From positions 2,464,001-2,528,000 of the forward strand of contig OZ223209.1 of assembly GCA_965140415.1 (NCBI GenBank): 64,000 nt of DNA, written 5' to 3'. Positions within the stretch are counted from its first letter, which is position 1. Each line of letters starts with the position of its first letter. The position numbers and the translations under genes were made by a program. The notes below the pieces were generated by a model, which worked only from the letters and a program-made list of their open reading frames with translations, made no database searches and was not told the origin of the DNA. This document shows, one piece after another, positions 10,662 through 20,219 of this stretch. The stretch comes from Myxococcota bacterium (GTDB lineage Bacteria > Myxococcota_A > SURF-8).

Positions 10662-10838
10662 ATTGACTCGCTTTACACAAATTGAGAGTAGGAAACATTC
10701 CATAACCGGATATGAACTCTTCCACGATTCATTCCCTATTTATCATTATCTCCGTGATATGGCCATGCTTTTTCTTGTTGCCAATATGGGGAAAGCGACT
10801 GTTACAAACTTGCATATTAAGGGTACTCTGCTTAAAAA

Positions 10839-10858
10839 GATTGAATCCCCATTCAATC
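10839..10858. promoter_or_regulatory. Perfect inverted repeat, probable repressor operator (TetR-like geometry)
   Basis: GATTGAAT-cccc-ATTCAATC in the divergent intergenic region upstream of the transketolase genes. Confidence 0.5.
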
Positions 10859-10990
10859 CATGCTAGGTATTTCATAATCTGACGTTTGCCAGAACCCATA
10901 CAAGAAGTGATAAGCGGAAGACTTGTGAGAGACGGTTTGTGTATCGTGGTTTGATACTTGAAGTAACCACTGCAAGTGGAAGGAGGAACG

Positions 10991-11824
10991 ATGCCACTGG
11001 AAGCTGCGGAGCGCCAGGAACTGAAAAATAAGGCGCGCAAGATCAGAGAAGAAATCGTACTGGTTACCGAGTCCTGCGGAGGTAGTCACCTGGGAACGGC
11101 GTTAAGTCAAACGGAGGTATTGACACTACTGTATTTCAAGATGATGAAGATCGATCCCAAGAATCCGCAAATGGAGGATCGGGATCGTTTCGTGTTGAGT
11201 AAAGGCCATGGTGGCGTCGGTCATGCCGTCGTACTGGCCGAGGCAGGATATTTTCCGCGTGCGGATCTGGATGATTTCAATAAAACCGGCTCTCGCTTTG
11301 GCATGCATCTGGACGGCAACAAAGTGGAAGGCGTGGATGCTTCTACCGGCTCTCTGGGGCATGGTCTCGGTATTGCCGTTGGCATGGCGATGGGCGCTCG
11401 TTTAAAAGGTGCGGACTGGTGGACGTATTGCATGATCGGAGACGGTGAAAGCAATGAAGGGTCCATTTGGGAAGCCGCCATGAGCGCCGCTCATCACAAA
11501 GTAACCAACATGACCTTGTTTTTGGATCGTAACAAATTGATGATCGACGGCCCTACCGAAGAAGTGATGGGCCTGGAACCGTTAGCCAAGAAATGGGAAG
11601 CCTTCGGCTGGAATGTTATCGAAGTCGATGGTCATGATTTCGACCAGATTTACGACGGGATTGAGGCGTCCAAGAAGGAAAAGGAAAAACCGACCGTGTT
11701 GATTTGCAACACAATCAAGGGCAAGGGTGTGGACTTTATGGAAGATAAGGTCCAGTGGCACTATGCCGGTCTGGATTCCGCTATGACACAGCAGGCGCTC
11801 GAAGCGATCCGCCGCAATAATTAA
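10991..11824 (+). CDS. Transketolase, N-terminal (TPP-binding) subunit
   Basis: DRFVLSKGH, STGSLGHG, GDGE...N TPP motif, TIKGKG; AGGAGG RBS before ATG 10991. Confidence 0.92.
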   Translation: MPLEAAERQELKNKARKIREEIVLVTESCGGSHLGTALSQTEVLTLLYFKMMKIDPKNPQMEDRDRFVLSKGHGGVGHAVVLAEAGYFPRADLDDFNKTGSRFGMHLDGNKVEGVDASTGSLGHGLGIAVGMAMGARLKGADWWTYCMIGDGESNEGSIWEAAMSAAHHKVTNMTLFLDRNKLMIDGPTEEVMGLEPLAKKWEAFGWNVIEVDGHDFDQIYDGIEASKKEKEKPTVLICNTIKGKGVDFMEDKVQWHYAGLDSAMTQQALEAIRRNN

Positions 11825-11848
11825 CCGTCGTGAAAGGATAGGTGAAGC

Positions 11849-12859
11849 ATGACGACGAAAGGCTTAACGTGGACAATCGACGACGCCGACAACATGACTC
11901 AGGCCGAAATTTACGGCCAGGTCTTGACGCAACTCGGCGGGCAGGATGACAGCATTGTCGCATTGACCGCCGATCTGGCCAACTCGACCAAGATCGGTGC
12001 GTTTCAAAAGAAATATCCGGAGCGTTTTTTCAATGTCGGTATTGCGGAATGCAACATGTTTGCCATTGCCAGCGGTATGGCGGCGGCGGGTTTCACTCCG
12101 GTCGTTTCGACATTTGCCGTATTTACGGCATTACGCGCAGCCGAATTCGTAAGAACGGACATCTGCTACAACAAGCGCAACGTAAAAATCATCGCCACTC
12201 ATTCCGGCACCAGTTTCGGTCAGGCCGGAACGACCCATCACTGCACGGAAGATCTGGCGGTCATGCGCTCATTCGCAGGAATGACCGTAATGGCTCCGGC
12301 GGATGCGCTGGAAACCGCCAAGGCCGTTACGGCGGCAATGGAACACGATGGTCCGGTCTACATTCGTATTGGCCGCTCTTTCGAGCCGCCGCTGCATAAA
12401 GACCTGGATTTCGAGTTTGAAATCGGGAAAGCCATCGAATTGCATGAAGGTACCGATGTAACCGTCATCGCGACGGGCCGCACGGTGCTTGGCGCTTTGG
12501 AAGCTGCTGAAATCGCGAAGCAAAACGGTATTTCGATGCGCGTATTGGATATGCATACGCTTAAACCGCTGGATGAAGAAGCCGTGTTGCGTGCCATCAC
12601 GGAAACCCGCCGCATCATTACGGTGGAAGATCACAGCGTAATCGGTGGATTGGGCAGTGCAGTAGCGGAAGTCATCGGTAAATACGGAAAAGCCTGCGTA
12701 CTGCGCAAGCAGGGATTGCAGGATGAATTCGCTGCGGTCGGGTATCCGGAAGACTTGCTTAATGTCTATAAACTGGACGCCGATGGTATCCTGGAATCGT
12801 TGCAGGAAATCATGAAGGCCGAAATTGACGAAGACGACGATTGGGAAGACGAGTATTAA
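11849..12859 (+). CDS. Transketolase, C-terminal (pyrimidine-binding and C-terminal domain) subunit
   Basis: RFFNVGIAE, GTTHH, GPVYIRIGR, LKPLD, VEDHSVIGGLG motifs. Confidence 0.92.
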   Translation: MTTKGLTWTIDDADNMTQAEIYGQVLTQLGGQDDSIVALTADLANSTKIGAFQKKYPERFFNVGIAECNMFAIASGMAAAGFTPVVSTFAVFTALRAAEFVRTDICYNKRNVKIIATHSGTSFGQAGTTHHCTEDLAVMRSFAGMTVMAPADALETAKAVTAAMEHDGPVYIRIGRSFEPPLHKDLDFEFEIGKAIELHEGTDVTVIATGRTVLGALEAAEIAKQNGISMRVLDMHTLKPLDEEAVLRAITETRRIITVEDHSVIGGLGSAVAEVIGKYGKACVLRKQGLQDEFAAVGYPEDLLNVYKLDADGILESLQEIMKAEIDEDDDWEDEY

Positions 12860-12862
12860 GCC

Positions 12863-13633
12863 ATGGTGGATAAAGACACACTGGTATCGCGGATCTTTTT
12901 GCGCTCGGCCCTACCGTTGGTCAAGGTTGTGGCCGAGGAAAAACCTCTTTTCAAGAAGCTGTTTCCGAAAAACGGCATCATGCAGTTTTCCGCCAAGGGG
13001 ACGGATGTCGGGGCCTATATCATCTACCGCGACAAAGAAGTGGATGTCGTCCCGGAGCTTCATCCGAATCCCGATTTGGAACTGCAATTCAAGTCGCTGG
13101 TCGATCTGATCAAATTCTTTGCGGGTAAAACCGTATTACCCAAGATTATCGGATATCGGCACATCGACTTGTTACTGCGTTCGTTACCGCTGCTGCTTTC
13201 GTTACAGATTTTGCTGCCGACCAACATTCCCAGCGATCCGGATAAGCGGGCGTTGAAGGTCAAGTTGTTACTGTACATGGTCACCAATGCCTTGTCGCAG
13301 TTGAACAAAGCGGGTGACGAATACATGACCAAACTTACCAAGAACAGCCCGGATCGGATTATCCAGTGGAAAGTGGAGGGCGGTGGCCCGGCGGCTTATC
13401 TGCGCATCAAGAACGGCAAGTCCAAAGCGGGACGTGGCGTGTATACCCGTCGTCGTCCGTTCCTGTTGATGGCTTTTCCGGACATCGAAGGGGCCTTCAA
13501 GGTGCTGACCAGTGAAGTCGCCCTGGTGCAGGCGGTCACGGACGGCTACATCAAAACCGAAGGTTCCATGGAGCATTCCAAGGAAATCGGTTATCAGATG
13601 CAGAGAATTGAGGAATTGACCTCATCCTATTAG
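12863..13633 (+). CDS. Hypothetical protein with two SCP2 (sterol-carrier)-like domains
   Basis: Two repeats of an SCP2-like pattern (MQFSAKG..GAYIIY...PDLELQF; IIQWKVEG..AAYLRIKNG...AVTDGYIKTEG); starts 3 nt after the transketolase stop. The fold call is by-eye inference. Confidence 0.55.
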   Translation: MVDKDTLVSRIFLRSALPLVKVVAEEKPLFKKLFPKNGIMQFSAKGTDVGAYIIYRDKEVDVVPELHPNPDLELQFKSLVDLIKFFAGKTVLPKIIGYRHIDLLLRSLPLLLSLQILLPTNIPSDPDKRALKVKLLLYMVTNALSQLNKAGDEYMTKLTKNSPDRIIQWKVEGGGPAAYLRIKNGKSKAGRGVYTRRRPFLLMAFPDIEGAFKVLTSEVALVQAVTDGYIKTEGSMEHSKEIGYQMQRIEELTSSY

Positions 13634-13664
13634 CCTCTACTCTGCAACGGGAATCTTACTAACT

Positions 13665-13706
13665 CCCGGCGACAATGGTGAATCCTTGCCGTTGTCGCCG
13701 GGTTTT
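13665..13706 (+). terminator. Rho-independent terminator after the transketolase-SCP2 unit
   Basis: CCCGGCGACAA...TTGTCGCCGGG stem followed by TTTT. Confidence 0.65.
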
Positions 13707-13749
13707 GATTTTGTTCGCCGACGATTTGCTACGATTTTGGAGGATTGGC

Positions 13750-14595
13750 ATGAAAGCGGATTCGTTCGATAAGTTTCAAGGCACCGAAACCTACATCGCT
13801 TCGCGGGAACTGCGGGATTCCGTAAATGTTTCCATCGCATTGCAGCGCCCGTTATTGATCAAAGGCGAGCCTGGAACCGGAAAAACCCTGTTGGCCACGA
13901 ATATCGCAAAAGGCTTGGGAATGCCGTTTTTCAAATGGATGGTCAAGTCGACATCCAAGGCGACGGACGGATTGTATGTGTATGACACGGTTCAGCGTTT
14001 GAATGACAGTCGTTTCGGAGACAAAGACGTCGGAGACATCAAGCAGTATATCCGTTATGGTTCGTTAGGTCGTGCTTTCCTTTCCGAAGAGCGGGCGGTC
14101 GTGCTGATCGATGAGATCGACAAGGCGGATCTGGAATTTCCAAACGATCTGCTCTCCGAGCTGGATGAAATGGCTTTCGATGTCGTTGAAACCGCTGAGC
14201 GCATCGAAGCCAAGCATCGCCCGGTGGTGATTATCACAAGCAACTCTGAAAAAGAACTGCCGGATCCCTTTTTGCGGCGCTGTGTGTTCCATTTTATCGA
14301 TTTTCCCGATGAAAAGCTGATGGAACAGATCGTCCGGGTTCATCATCCGGATTTGAAGAAGTCCTTGATCAGTCAATGCATCGCCAAATTCTATACCTTG
14401 CGTCAGATCGATACTTTTAGGAAAAAACCCTCTACTTCCGAACTGATCGATTGGATTGGGGTCTTGGTGAAAGCGGGTATTTCCGAAAAAGAATTACGCA
14501 ATGAAATTCCTTTCTTGGGAACTCTGCTTAAAAACGAACAGGATCTCGGAACCTATCAGAGCCACAAAAACGGGCCGCCCCAACGACGCTGGTGA
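13750..14595 (+). CDS. MoxR-family AAA+ ATPase
   Basis: Walker A GEPGTGKT, Walker B VLIDEIDKAD, ITSNSEKELPDPFLRRC; start reassigned to MKADSF. Confidence 0.92.
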   Translation: MKADSFDKFQGTETYIASRELRDSVNVSIALQRPLLIKGEPGTGKTLLATNIAKGLGMPFFKWMVKSTSKATDGLYVYDTVQRLNDSRFGDKDVGDIKQYIRYGSLGRAFLSEERAVVLIDEIDKADLEFPNDLLSELDEMAFDVVETAERIEAKHRPVVIITSNSEKELPDPFLRRCVFHFIDFPDEKLMEQIVRVHHPDLKKSLISQCIAKFYTLRQIDTFRKKPSTSELIDWIGVLVKAGISEKELRNEIPFLGTLLKNEQDLGTYQSHKNGPPQRRW

Positions 14596-15773
14596 CAGGA
14601 GCTGGTACCGTGCTGACTCGATTTTTTTTCAAGCTGAGAGAGTACAAAGTCCCGGTGACCGTCACCGAATGGCTGACTTTTATGGAAGCGTTAAGCCAGG
14701 GATTGGCCTATTCCGATGTCAATAGCTTCTATAGTCTCGCACGCTCCTTGCTGGTCAAGGATGTGGCCTATTACGACGCGTTCGACCAGGTCTTTTTGTA
14801 TTTCTTTAAAGACGCCGACATTTCGCTGCAATTAAAAGACGATATCCTGGATTGGCTTTCCGATCCGCTGCCTTTGCCGCAGCTAAGCGAAGAGGAACGC
14901 AAGTTGTTGGAAAGCATGGATTTCGACTCTTTGCGCGATCTGTTCGAACAACGGCTAAAAGAGCAGGACGAGCGTCACGACGGCGGCAATCGCTGGATCG
15001 GCACCGGCGGCACCTCGCCTTTCGGTCATGGCGGCGTGAATCCCGCCGGCGTTCGCGTCGGCGGTGAGGGCGGCAATCACATGGCGGTGCAGGTGGCGCA
15101 CGATCGCCGCTTCCGCAACTATCGCCAGGACCAGATTCTGGATGTTCGCCAGATGAAAGTAGCGTTGAAAAAGCTGCGCGTTCTTGAGCGGGTTGGCGCG
15201 GCGGATGAACTGGACCTGGACGGCTCCATCTCCGAGACCTGTAAAAACGGTGGCGAATTGGAGTTGCTGTTCCGACCCGAGCGCAAAAACAGAATGAAAC
15301 TGCTTCTGTTGATGGATGCCGGTGGATCGATGGACCCTTATGCACGCCTGGTCAATCGGCTATTTTCGGCGGCCAGCCAGATCAATCATTTCAAGGAATT
15401 CAAATTCTACTATTTTCATAACTGCATTTACGAATCCGTTTTCGAAGATATTTACATGGACGAGCGGGTGCCGACCGGGAAACTCTTCAACGATCTGGAT
15501 GCCAATTGGCGGGTGATCATCGTCGGGGATGCCGCCATGAGTCCTTACGAACTTTCCGCTCGGCATGGCGCGATTTACTACTATCATTACAACGAAATAC
15601 CGGGAATTGTGTGGCTCAAGCGCGTTTCGGATCATTTCCGTAAAATCGTATGGCTCAATCCGATTCCACGCCATAATTGGTGGTCGCAAAGCATTCACAC
15701 CATCATGCGGATTTTCCCCATGTATCCACTGACTGTCGGTGGTATCGACGAAGCCGTGCAGACGCTTCGCTGA
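14592..15773 (+). CDS. VWA-domain protein, CoxE-like partner of MoxR
   Basis: GGNRWIGTGGTSPFG, MIDAS-like DAGGSM, VGDAAMSPYEL, WLNP; overlaps the AAA stop by 4 nt. Confidence 0.88.
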   Translation: MTGAGTVLTRFFFKLREYKVPVTVTEWLTFMEALSQGLAYSDVNSFYSLARSLLVKDVAYYDAFDQVFLYFFKDADISLQLKDDILDWLSDPLPLPQLSEEERKLLESMDFDSLRDLFEQRLKEQDERHDGGNRWIGTGGTSPFGHGGVNPAGVRVGGEGGNHMAVQVAHDRRFRNYRQDQILDVRQMKVALKKLRVLERVGAADELDLDGSISETCKNGGELELLFRPERKNRMKLLLLMDAGGSMDPYARLVNRLFSAASQINHFKEFKFYYFHNCIYESVFEDIYMDERVPTGKLFNDLDANWRVIIVGDAAMSPYELSARHGAIYYYHYNEIPGIVWLKRVSDHFRKIVWLNPIPRHNWWSQSIHTIMRIFPMYPLTVGGIDEAVQTLR

Positions 15774-15794
15774 TTGATCCTGTCGTTTTTTCTT

Positions 15795-16523
15795 TTACTG
15801 AATGGCGCTTTCAGGCGGATCTACTTTCGGAACGTCGGGTTTTCCGATGATTTCGAAATCGTAGAAGATGTTGAAACCGTAATTCAAGAAGAAGTTCTTG
15901 AGATAATCAATCGTAGACAATTCCAGGGTCAAGCCGATTCCCATACGCTGCCAGAAGTAGATGCGCGGTTCGATCTCGATGCCGTACAAGAAATTGCTTT
16001 CGTCTTTGATATTTGGGTGTTTGGCGTCATCTCGATTGTCCGCCCACATGACATTTCCGCCAATCTTGATTCCCATGTACAGATCGACGGGAAAATTGTA
16101 GTGATACTTGGCAAAATGGGCCACGTTGTACTGTGCGTGAATGGTCGGCTGAACGAACCAGAGAGGGTAGGGCTTGCCCGCTTGTTCGTGCGGATCGCGC
16201 ATGGCGCGTACATGCACCTTGAAACGCCAGCTGTCGTTGTAAATCGCACTCAGTCCGCCACCGAAATCGAAATAGGTGAAATAGCCGAGATTCCGATAAT
16301 TTGAGAACGTACCACCGAAAGATAATTCGGGAGAAAGAAAGAGAACGGGCTTCTTCTCCTCCGGTATTTTTCGAATCAAGGTTCCCGATAACGCGGTGCG
16401 TTCGTAGCATTCCTGATCCGGTGGGCATGGTTCCGTACTACTTGTCTGCTGTTGTGCATTCGCTATTACGGCAAAAAGAAGGAATGCAACGATGAGCGAC
16501 CCAGTGCGAAGCGTTTTCTCCAT
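15795..16523 (-). CDS. Exported hypothetical protein, possible small outer-membrane beta-barrel
   Basis: Signal peptide (…IANA-QQQ); alternating aromatic/polar beta-strand pattern. Confidence 0.55.
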   Translation of the reverse strand: MEKTLRTGSLIVAFLLFAVIANAQQQTSSTEPCPPDQECYERTALSGTLIRKIPEEKKPVLFLSPELSFGGTFSNYRNLGYFTYFDFGGGLSAIYNDSWRFKVHVRAMRDPHEQAGKPYPLWFVQPTIHAQYNVAHFAKYHYNFPVDLYMGIKIGGNVMWADNRDDAKHPNIKDESNFLYGIEIEPRIYFWQRMGIGLTLELSTIDYLKNFFLNYGFNIFYDFEIIGKPDVPKVDPPESAIQ

Positions 16524-16788
16524 GTTTTCTCCGCTTTCTTTTCCGATGCGCGTAACATTCTTCCAAAAAACGTGACTTGTTTTGATACTCGACTATGAAA
16601 ACATCAACAGTATTGCATATTCACTAGGTTTACGGCAAGACGATTCCTGTTTCTTATCCCCCATAGCTTAAAGATCGGCATTGCTGATTTAGACATTAAT
16701 GGAATTGTTCCATTTTAAGATTGCCGGTCTTTTTTTGTGACGAATTTGCAGGGATCGAGAACGTGGCGACGTGATGCTTAATAGAGTT

Positions 16789-17283
16789 TTATATCACCAA
16801 TTGCTGCGGCCAGGTTGCGACAAGAGATTTGTCCCGGCCCGCCATTTCTTTCATTTTCAGATTGGCGTTGCGTAGTCGATCGGCAAGGGTTCGGGCGATG
16901 TTTTTCAAGATCACCCGTTGGATATTGGGATAGTCTTGCCCGATCCGGTTGAAATCATCGCGATTGAAGGAGATCAATATCGATCGTTTTGTACAGCGAA
17001 CCGTGGCGGTGCGAGGAGAGCGATCGATAAAGGCCAACTCCCCGAACACGTCCCCTTCTCCCATTGTCGCAATCGTATGATTGATAAGTAGACCGGCGGA
17101 AACCTGTATGGCGATTTCTCCCTGCTTGACGATGTACATGACTTGAGAGTCATCGCCTTCTTTGAAGATGGTTTGTCCCTTGGGACATTCCCATTCTGCC
17201 GTTAACGTGGCGATCACGTCGATTTCTTCTCGGTTCAACCCCCGAAATAATCCAACTTGTCTCAGCAGGTCTGTAGGTACCAT
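16789..17283 (-). CDS. Stand-alone cyclic-nucleotide-binding domain protein
   Basis: IFKEGD, MYIV..G, GDVFGELAFID..PRTATVR cNMP signature; no HTH follows. Confidence 0.9.
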   Translation of the reverse strand: MVPTDLLRQVGLFRGLNREEIDVIATLTAEWECPKGQTIFKEGDDSQVMYIVKQGEIAIQVSAGLLINHTIATMGEGDVFGELAFIDRSPRTATVRCTKRSILISFNRDDFNRIGQDYPNIQRVILKNIARTLADRLRNANLKMKEMAGRDKSLVATWPQQLVI

Positions 17284-17310
17284 AAACGATTGCCTCCATA
17301 TATTTCAGGT

Positions 17311-17339
17311 ATTGTGGTGAAGAACAATCTTATTGTCAA
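17311..17339 (-). promoter_or_regulatory. Sigma70-type promoter for the cNMP gene
   Basis: TTGACA-N17-CACAAT on the minus strand. Confidence 0.55.
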
Positions 17340-17387
17340 GGTTTACCATGTGTTGATGAACTTGAAATGGAAACTGGTAGAGCAATG

Positions 17388-17416
17388 TTGACAAGTTATA
17401 AAGATGTGGTTACACT
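17388..17416 (+). promoter_or_regulatory. Sigma70-type promoter for the Cys-rich lipoprotein
   Basis: TTGACA-N17-TACACT, back-to-back with the minus-strand promoter. Confidence 0.6.
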
Positions 17417-17479
17417 GAATCAAAATAGATAATGATGAGTTGATATTGTTTCTAATTGATCGAACTGGGAGTAAAAGGC

Positions 17480-18559
17480 ATGAAGTATCAAGGCCCCATG
17501 TATTGTCGAATTGTTTCAATTGCTCTGCTGCTATTCGTTTCCATGCTTATCAGCGGTTGTCCCAACGACGATGATCCCGTCTCGCAGGGCGATAATGACC
17601 AGGATGTGGAAAGCGATTCTGTGGTTGATGGCGATCAAGAAAGCGACACAGATAGCGACTTGCCTGCGATAGACGGCGATCTGGATTCCGCTTCTGAATT
17701 GGAGCAGGAAATCAGTGAAATCGAGACCGATACGGAAGGTGGCTGTGTTTCGGATGGGGACTTGGATTCTGTGGAAAACGTGGAAGTAGAGCCGGACTCG
17801 GAACAAAACGAGTTGGAAGTAGACGTGCAGGAAGTTGAGTTGGAAAATGACTCGGCGGAGACTGAAAATGAAGTTGAACTAGATGCATCGGAAGGCGAGG
17901 AAGAAATCGAAACGCACGCGCCGATTGCCTGCCAGACTGAAGCGGACTGTCCTGTAAATGAAGCCTGTGGGAATGATAACTTCTGCCACTGGTACGTTCC
18001 TGAATGTGGCGGCGTTGCCTGCCCAAGACCGATGGAATGCGATGCTGGTAGTACTCAATGCGTTGATCCTTGTGATGCCTGCGAAACGGACTGCTGTGAG
18101 AATGGCGTCTGTTATGACTGTCAGTGCAATAATCATGGAAGCGGTACGTTGCCGATGGGTTGTCAAACCGATGCGGATTGCTGCCCGGATTGGACCTGCT
18201 ACCAGGTGGACTGGGGTATGTATTCCTGCACGAAATTCGGGATGGATATTGCTACCACCTGCCATTTCGATCACGATTGCCCAACGGGAAAACACTGCGC
18301 CATCGATCTGGACAACCCGTTAAGCAGTGAAGGAATTTGTCGTCATTGGTGCGGTTTCGATTGGGATTTCCTGCTTCCATGTGAGCGTTGCAATGAACGA
18401 ACGCATCGGATCGTTCGAAACGATGGGGAATATTGCTTCACCGATGAAGACTGCCAGTCTGGCTACCGGTGTGAGTCATATCCTGGTTTTTGGTCTTGCG
18501 GCGTGTGCAATCCGATCCCTGATGGCGATATGGAAAACGAACTCATCCCAAACGAGTGA
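17480..18559 (+). CDS. Cys-rich lipoprotein with acidic DGD/E-rich linker
   Basis: Lipobox LISG-C; D/E-rich N-half; C-half of repeated Cx4-5C (CQTEADCP, CQTDADCC, CHFDHDCP, CFTDEDC) modules. Confidence 0.8.
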   Translation: MKYQGPMYCRIVSIALLLFVSMLISGCPNDDDPVSQGDNDQDVESDSVVDGDQESDTDSDLPAIDGDLDSASELEQEISEIETDTEGGCVSDGDLDSVENVEVEPDSEQNELEVDVQEVELENDSAETENEVELDASEGEEEIETHAPIACQTEADCPVNEACGNDNFCHWYVPECGGVACPRPMECDAGSTQCVDPCDACETDCCENGVCYDCQCNNHGSGTLPMGCQTDADCCPDWTCYQVDWGMYSCTKFGMDIATTCHFDHDCPTGKHCAIDLDNPLSSEGICRHWCGFDWDFLLPCERCNERTHRIVRNDGEYCFTDEDCQSGYRCESYPGFWSCGVCNPIPDGDMENELIPNE

Positions 18560-18581
18560 TGTTTCCCTTCTAAAGAAAACT

Positions 18582-20195
18582 CTACAATTCATACTCCACT
18601 TCGGTCAGTGGCGATTGTGGAGGCGAGTCGAGTTGTTGCGCGAACGGCTCCGCTTGTCCGAACGCACGCTGAACGAAGGGAAGGGTGTAACTTGTGACAA
18701 TCTGCATTTGCTGTCGCCGGGTGACGCTTGGCTCACCGTCGAACATGGTGTAAACCTTCGCGTCGCAGAATGAGCCATGATTGCCGCCTTGAACGACGAT
18801 TTTCCATTTCGGGTCGGCTTCGAGGTTATATGCGGCATTGTAGATAAACGCGGCACTTTGGTAATCTTCCGTTGCGCCGAAGACCATGAAAGGACCGGGA
18901 GTATTGTAGCCTTCATCATGCGGACCGACGAAAATCGAGGCAAGAGAACTTGCTTCAATGTCCGGATGATCTTCATACACGTTCTGCATGCGCGCACAGC
19001 CGCGCGAATGACCCAGCATAATCAACTCCGTGGTGGTTGAAACTCCGGTCAAAGCCGGATGAATGTCGTCGAGTGTCTGGCCTTGAACGTCTTCAAGTAA
19101 ATCGTGTACGATTCGCACTGCCTCCGGGTCGTATTCATTATTGTGCGGTGTTGCGGGCATCACCGAAACGAATCCCCAGGTGGCGAAGAACTGGCCGAGA
19201 TATTCCAGGTTGATGTACGCCGCTCCATTACCGTGCAATAACACGATCAACGGGTAGGTGCCTGGAATCGCTGGACGGCGGATCGAGCCGCAGGCGGCAG
19301 GATAAAAAAGGCGGGCCTGGTGTTCGCTCATGTCCAGGTATCCGGCAGCATATGGACCTGTTTCACCCAGAGTTGATGAAGGCGTCATTGACGCAGCAGG
19401 AGTGCTGCCGTCGCAGGTAATCACGCCTGTCGGCGCCTGGCTGAACGATTCGGAACTAGTAACTAAGAGATTTCCTTCACACAGTACGGAAATCAGACCG
19501 GAAGCACCGCTGGGAACGTTGACCAGAATGCGGTTTTCCCCAGTGGCTACGGCGGTGAATCCGCTGATTGTGGTCTGACCAATCGTGATTTGTACGGATG
19601 TGCTCCCCCAGACATTTGCGTAAAAACGTTTGCCATCGATGGTCAGTACATCTCCAGGAGCGCCCGCAAGGGGGTGAAAGCCGAAGATTTCAGGCACGGT
19701 GTCTAGCCAACTGCTGCGGCGCTCGCAACGTCCGAGCGAATAATTGCAAATCAGGTCCGAGGGGCACTGTGCATGGGAGTGGCAAAATGAAGGCAGAACT
19801 GGATCGGCGTCTTGCTCCGTATCATCGCCATCCGGTGCAACGTCGCCATCTGGAATGTCGTTCCCATCGAGATCGCCATCTGTCATGTCGCCGTCTATGG
19901 CATCGCTATCCGATTGGTCTCCATCTATGAGATCTCCATCCGAAATGTCGCCGTCGGATGGAATATCAATCGTATCGCTGTCCCAATCGTCTCCATCAAC
20001 AGGTGAAAAATCCGTGTCGCCGGCTGCATCGCCGTCCGTTATAAAATCCCCATCGCTGGTGTTTGGTGGATGATACTGCGGGATTTCACTGTCACCATCG
20101 CCAGAGACTTCTTCTTCACTACATGAATTCGCAAAAAGAGATAGTCCCAGCAGAGTAGCAAGCAGCACGAGCATGAGATCGGATGTGTGTTTCAT
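18582..20195 (-). CDS. Lipoprotein with DGD repeats, IPT/TIG domain and C-terminal alpha/beta hydrolase
   Basis: Lipobox FANS-C; YPLIVLLHG; nucleophile elbow GHSRG; candidate Asp (ATEDY) and His (GGNHGSF). Confidence 0.82.
   Translation of the reverse strand: MKHTSDLMLVLLATLLGLSLFANSCSEEEVSGDGDSEIPQYHPPNTSDGDFITDGDAAGDTDFSPVDGDDWDSDTIDIPSDGDISDGDLIDGDQSDSDAIDGDMTDGDLDGNDIPDGDVAPDGDDTEQDADPVLPSFCHSHAQCPSDLICNYSLGRCERRSSWLDTVPEIFGFHPLAGAPGDVLTIDGKRFYANVWGSTSVQITIGQTTISGFTAVATGENRILVNVPSGASGLISVLCEGNLLVTSSESFSQAPTGVITCDGSTPAASMTPSSTLGETGPYAAGYLDMSEHQARLFYPAACGSIRRPAIPGTYPLIVLLHGNGAAYINLEYLGQFFATWGFVSVMPATPHNNEYDPEAVRIVHDLLEDVQGQTLDDIHPALTGVSTTTELIMLGHSRGCARMQNVYEDHPDIEASSLASIFVGPHDEGYNTPGPFMVFGATEDYQSAAFIYNAAYNLEADPKWKIVVQGGNHGSFCDAKVYTMFDGEPSVTRRQQMQIVTSYTLPFVQRAFGQAEPFAQQLDSPPQSPLTEVEYEL
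19820..20055 (-). repeat. Degenerate tandem repeat encoding (xxDGD)n
   Basis: Translation SDGDISDGDLIDGDQSDSDAIDGDMTDGDLDGNDIPDGDVAPDGDD; roughly 15-nt period. Confidence 0.8.
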
Positions 20196-20219
20196 GGTTC
20201 ACTCTCAATAAAGATCGAT

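Noticed and set aside
13750-15773. MoxR/VWA pair as part of the transketolase operon or a novel system
   Set aside because: Separated by a terminator and a widespread, well-known chaperone pair.
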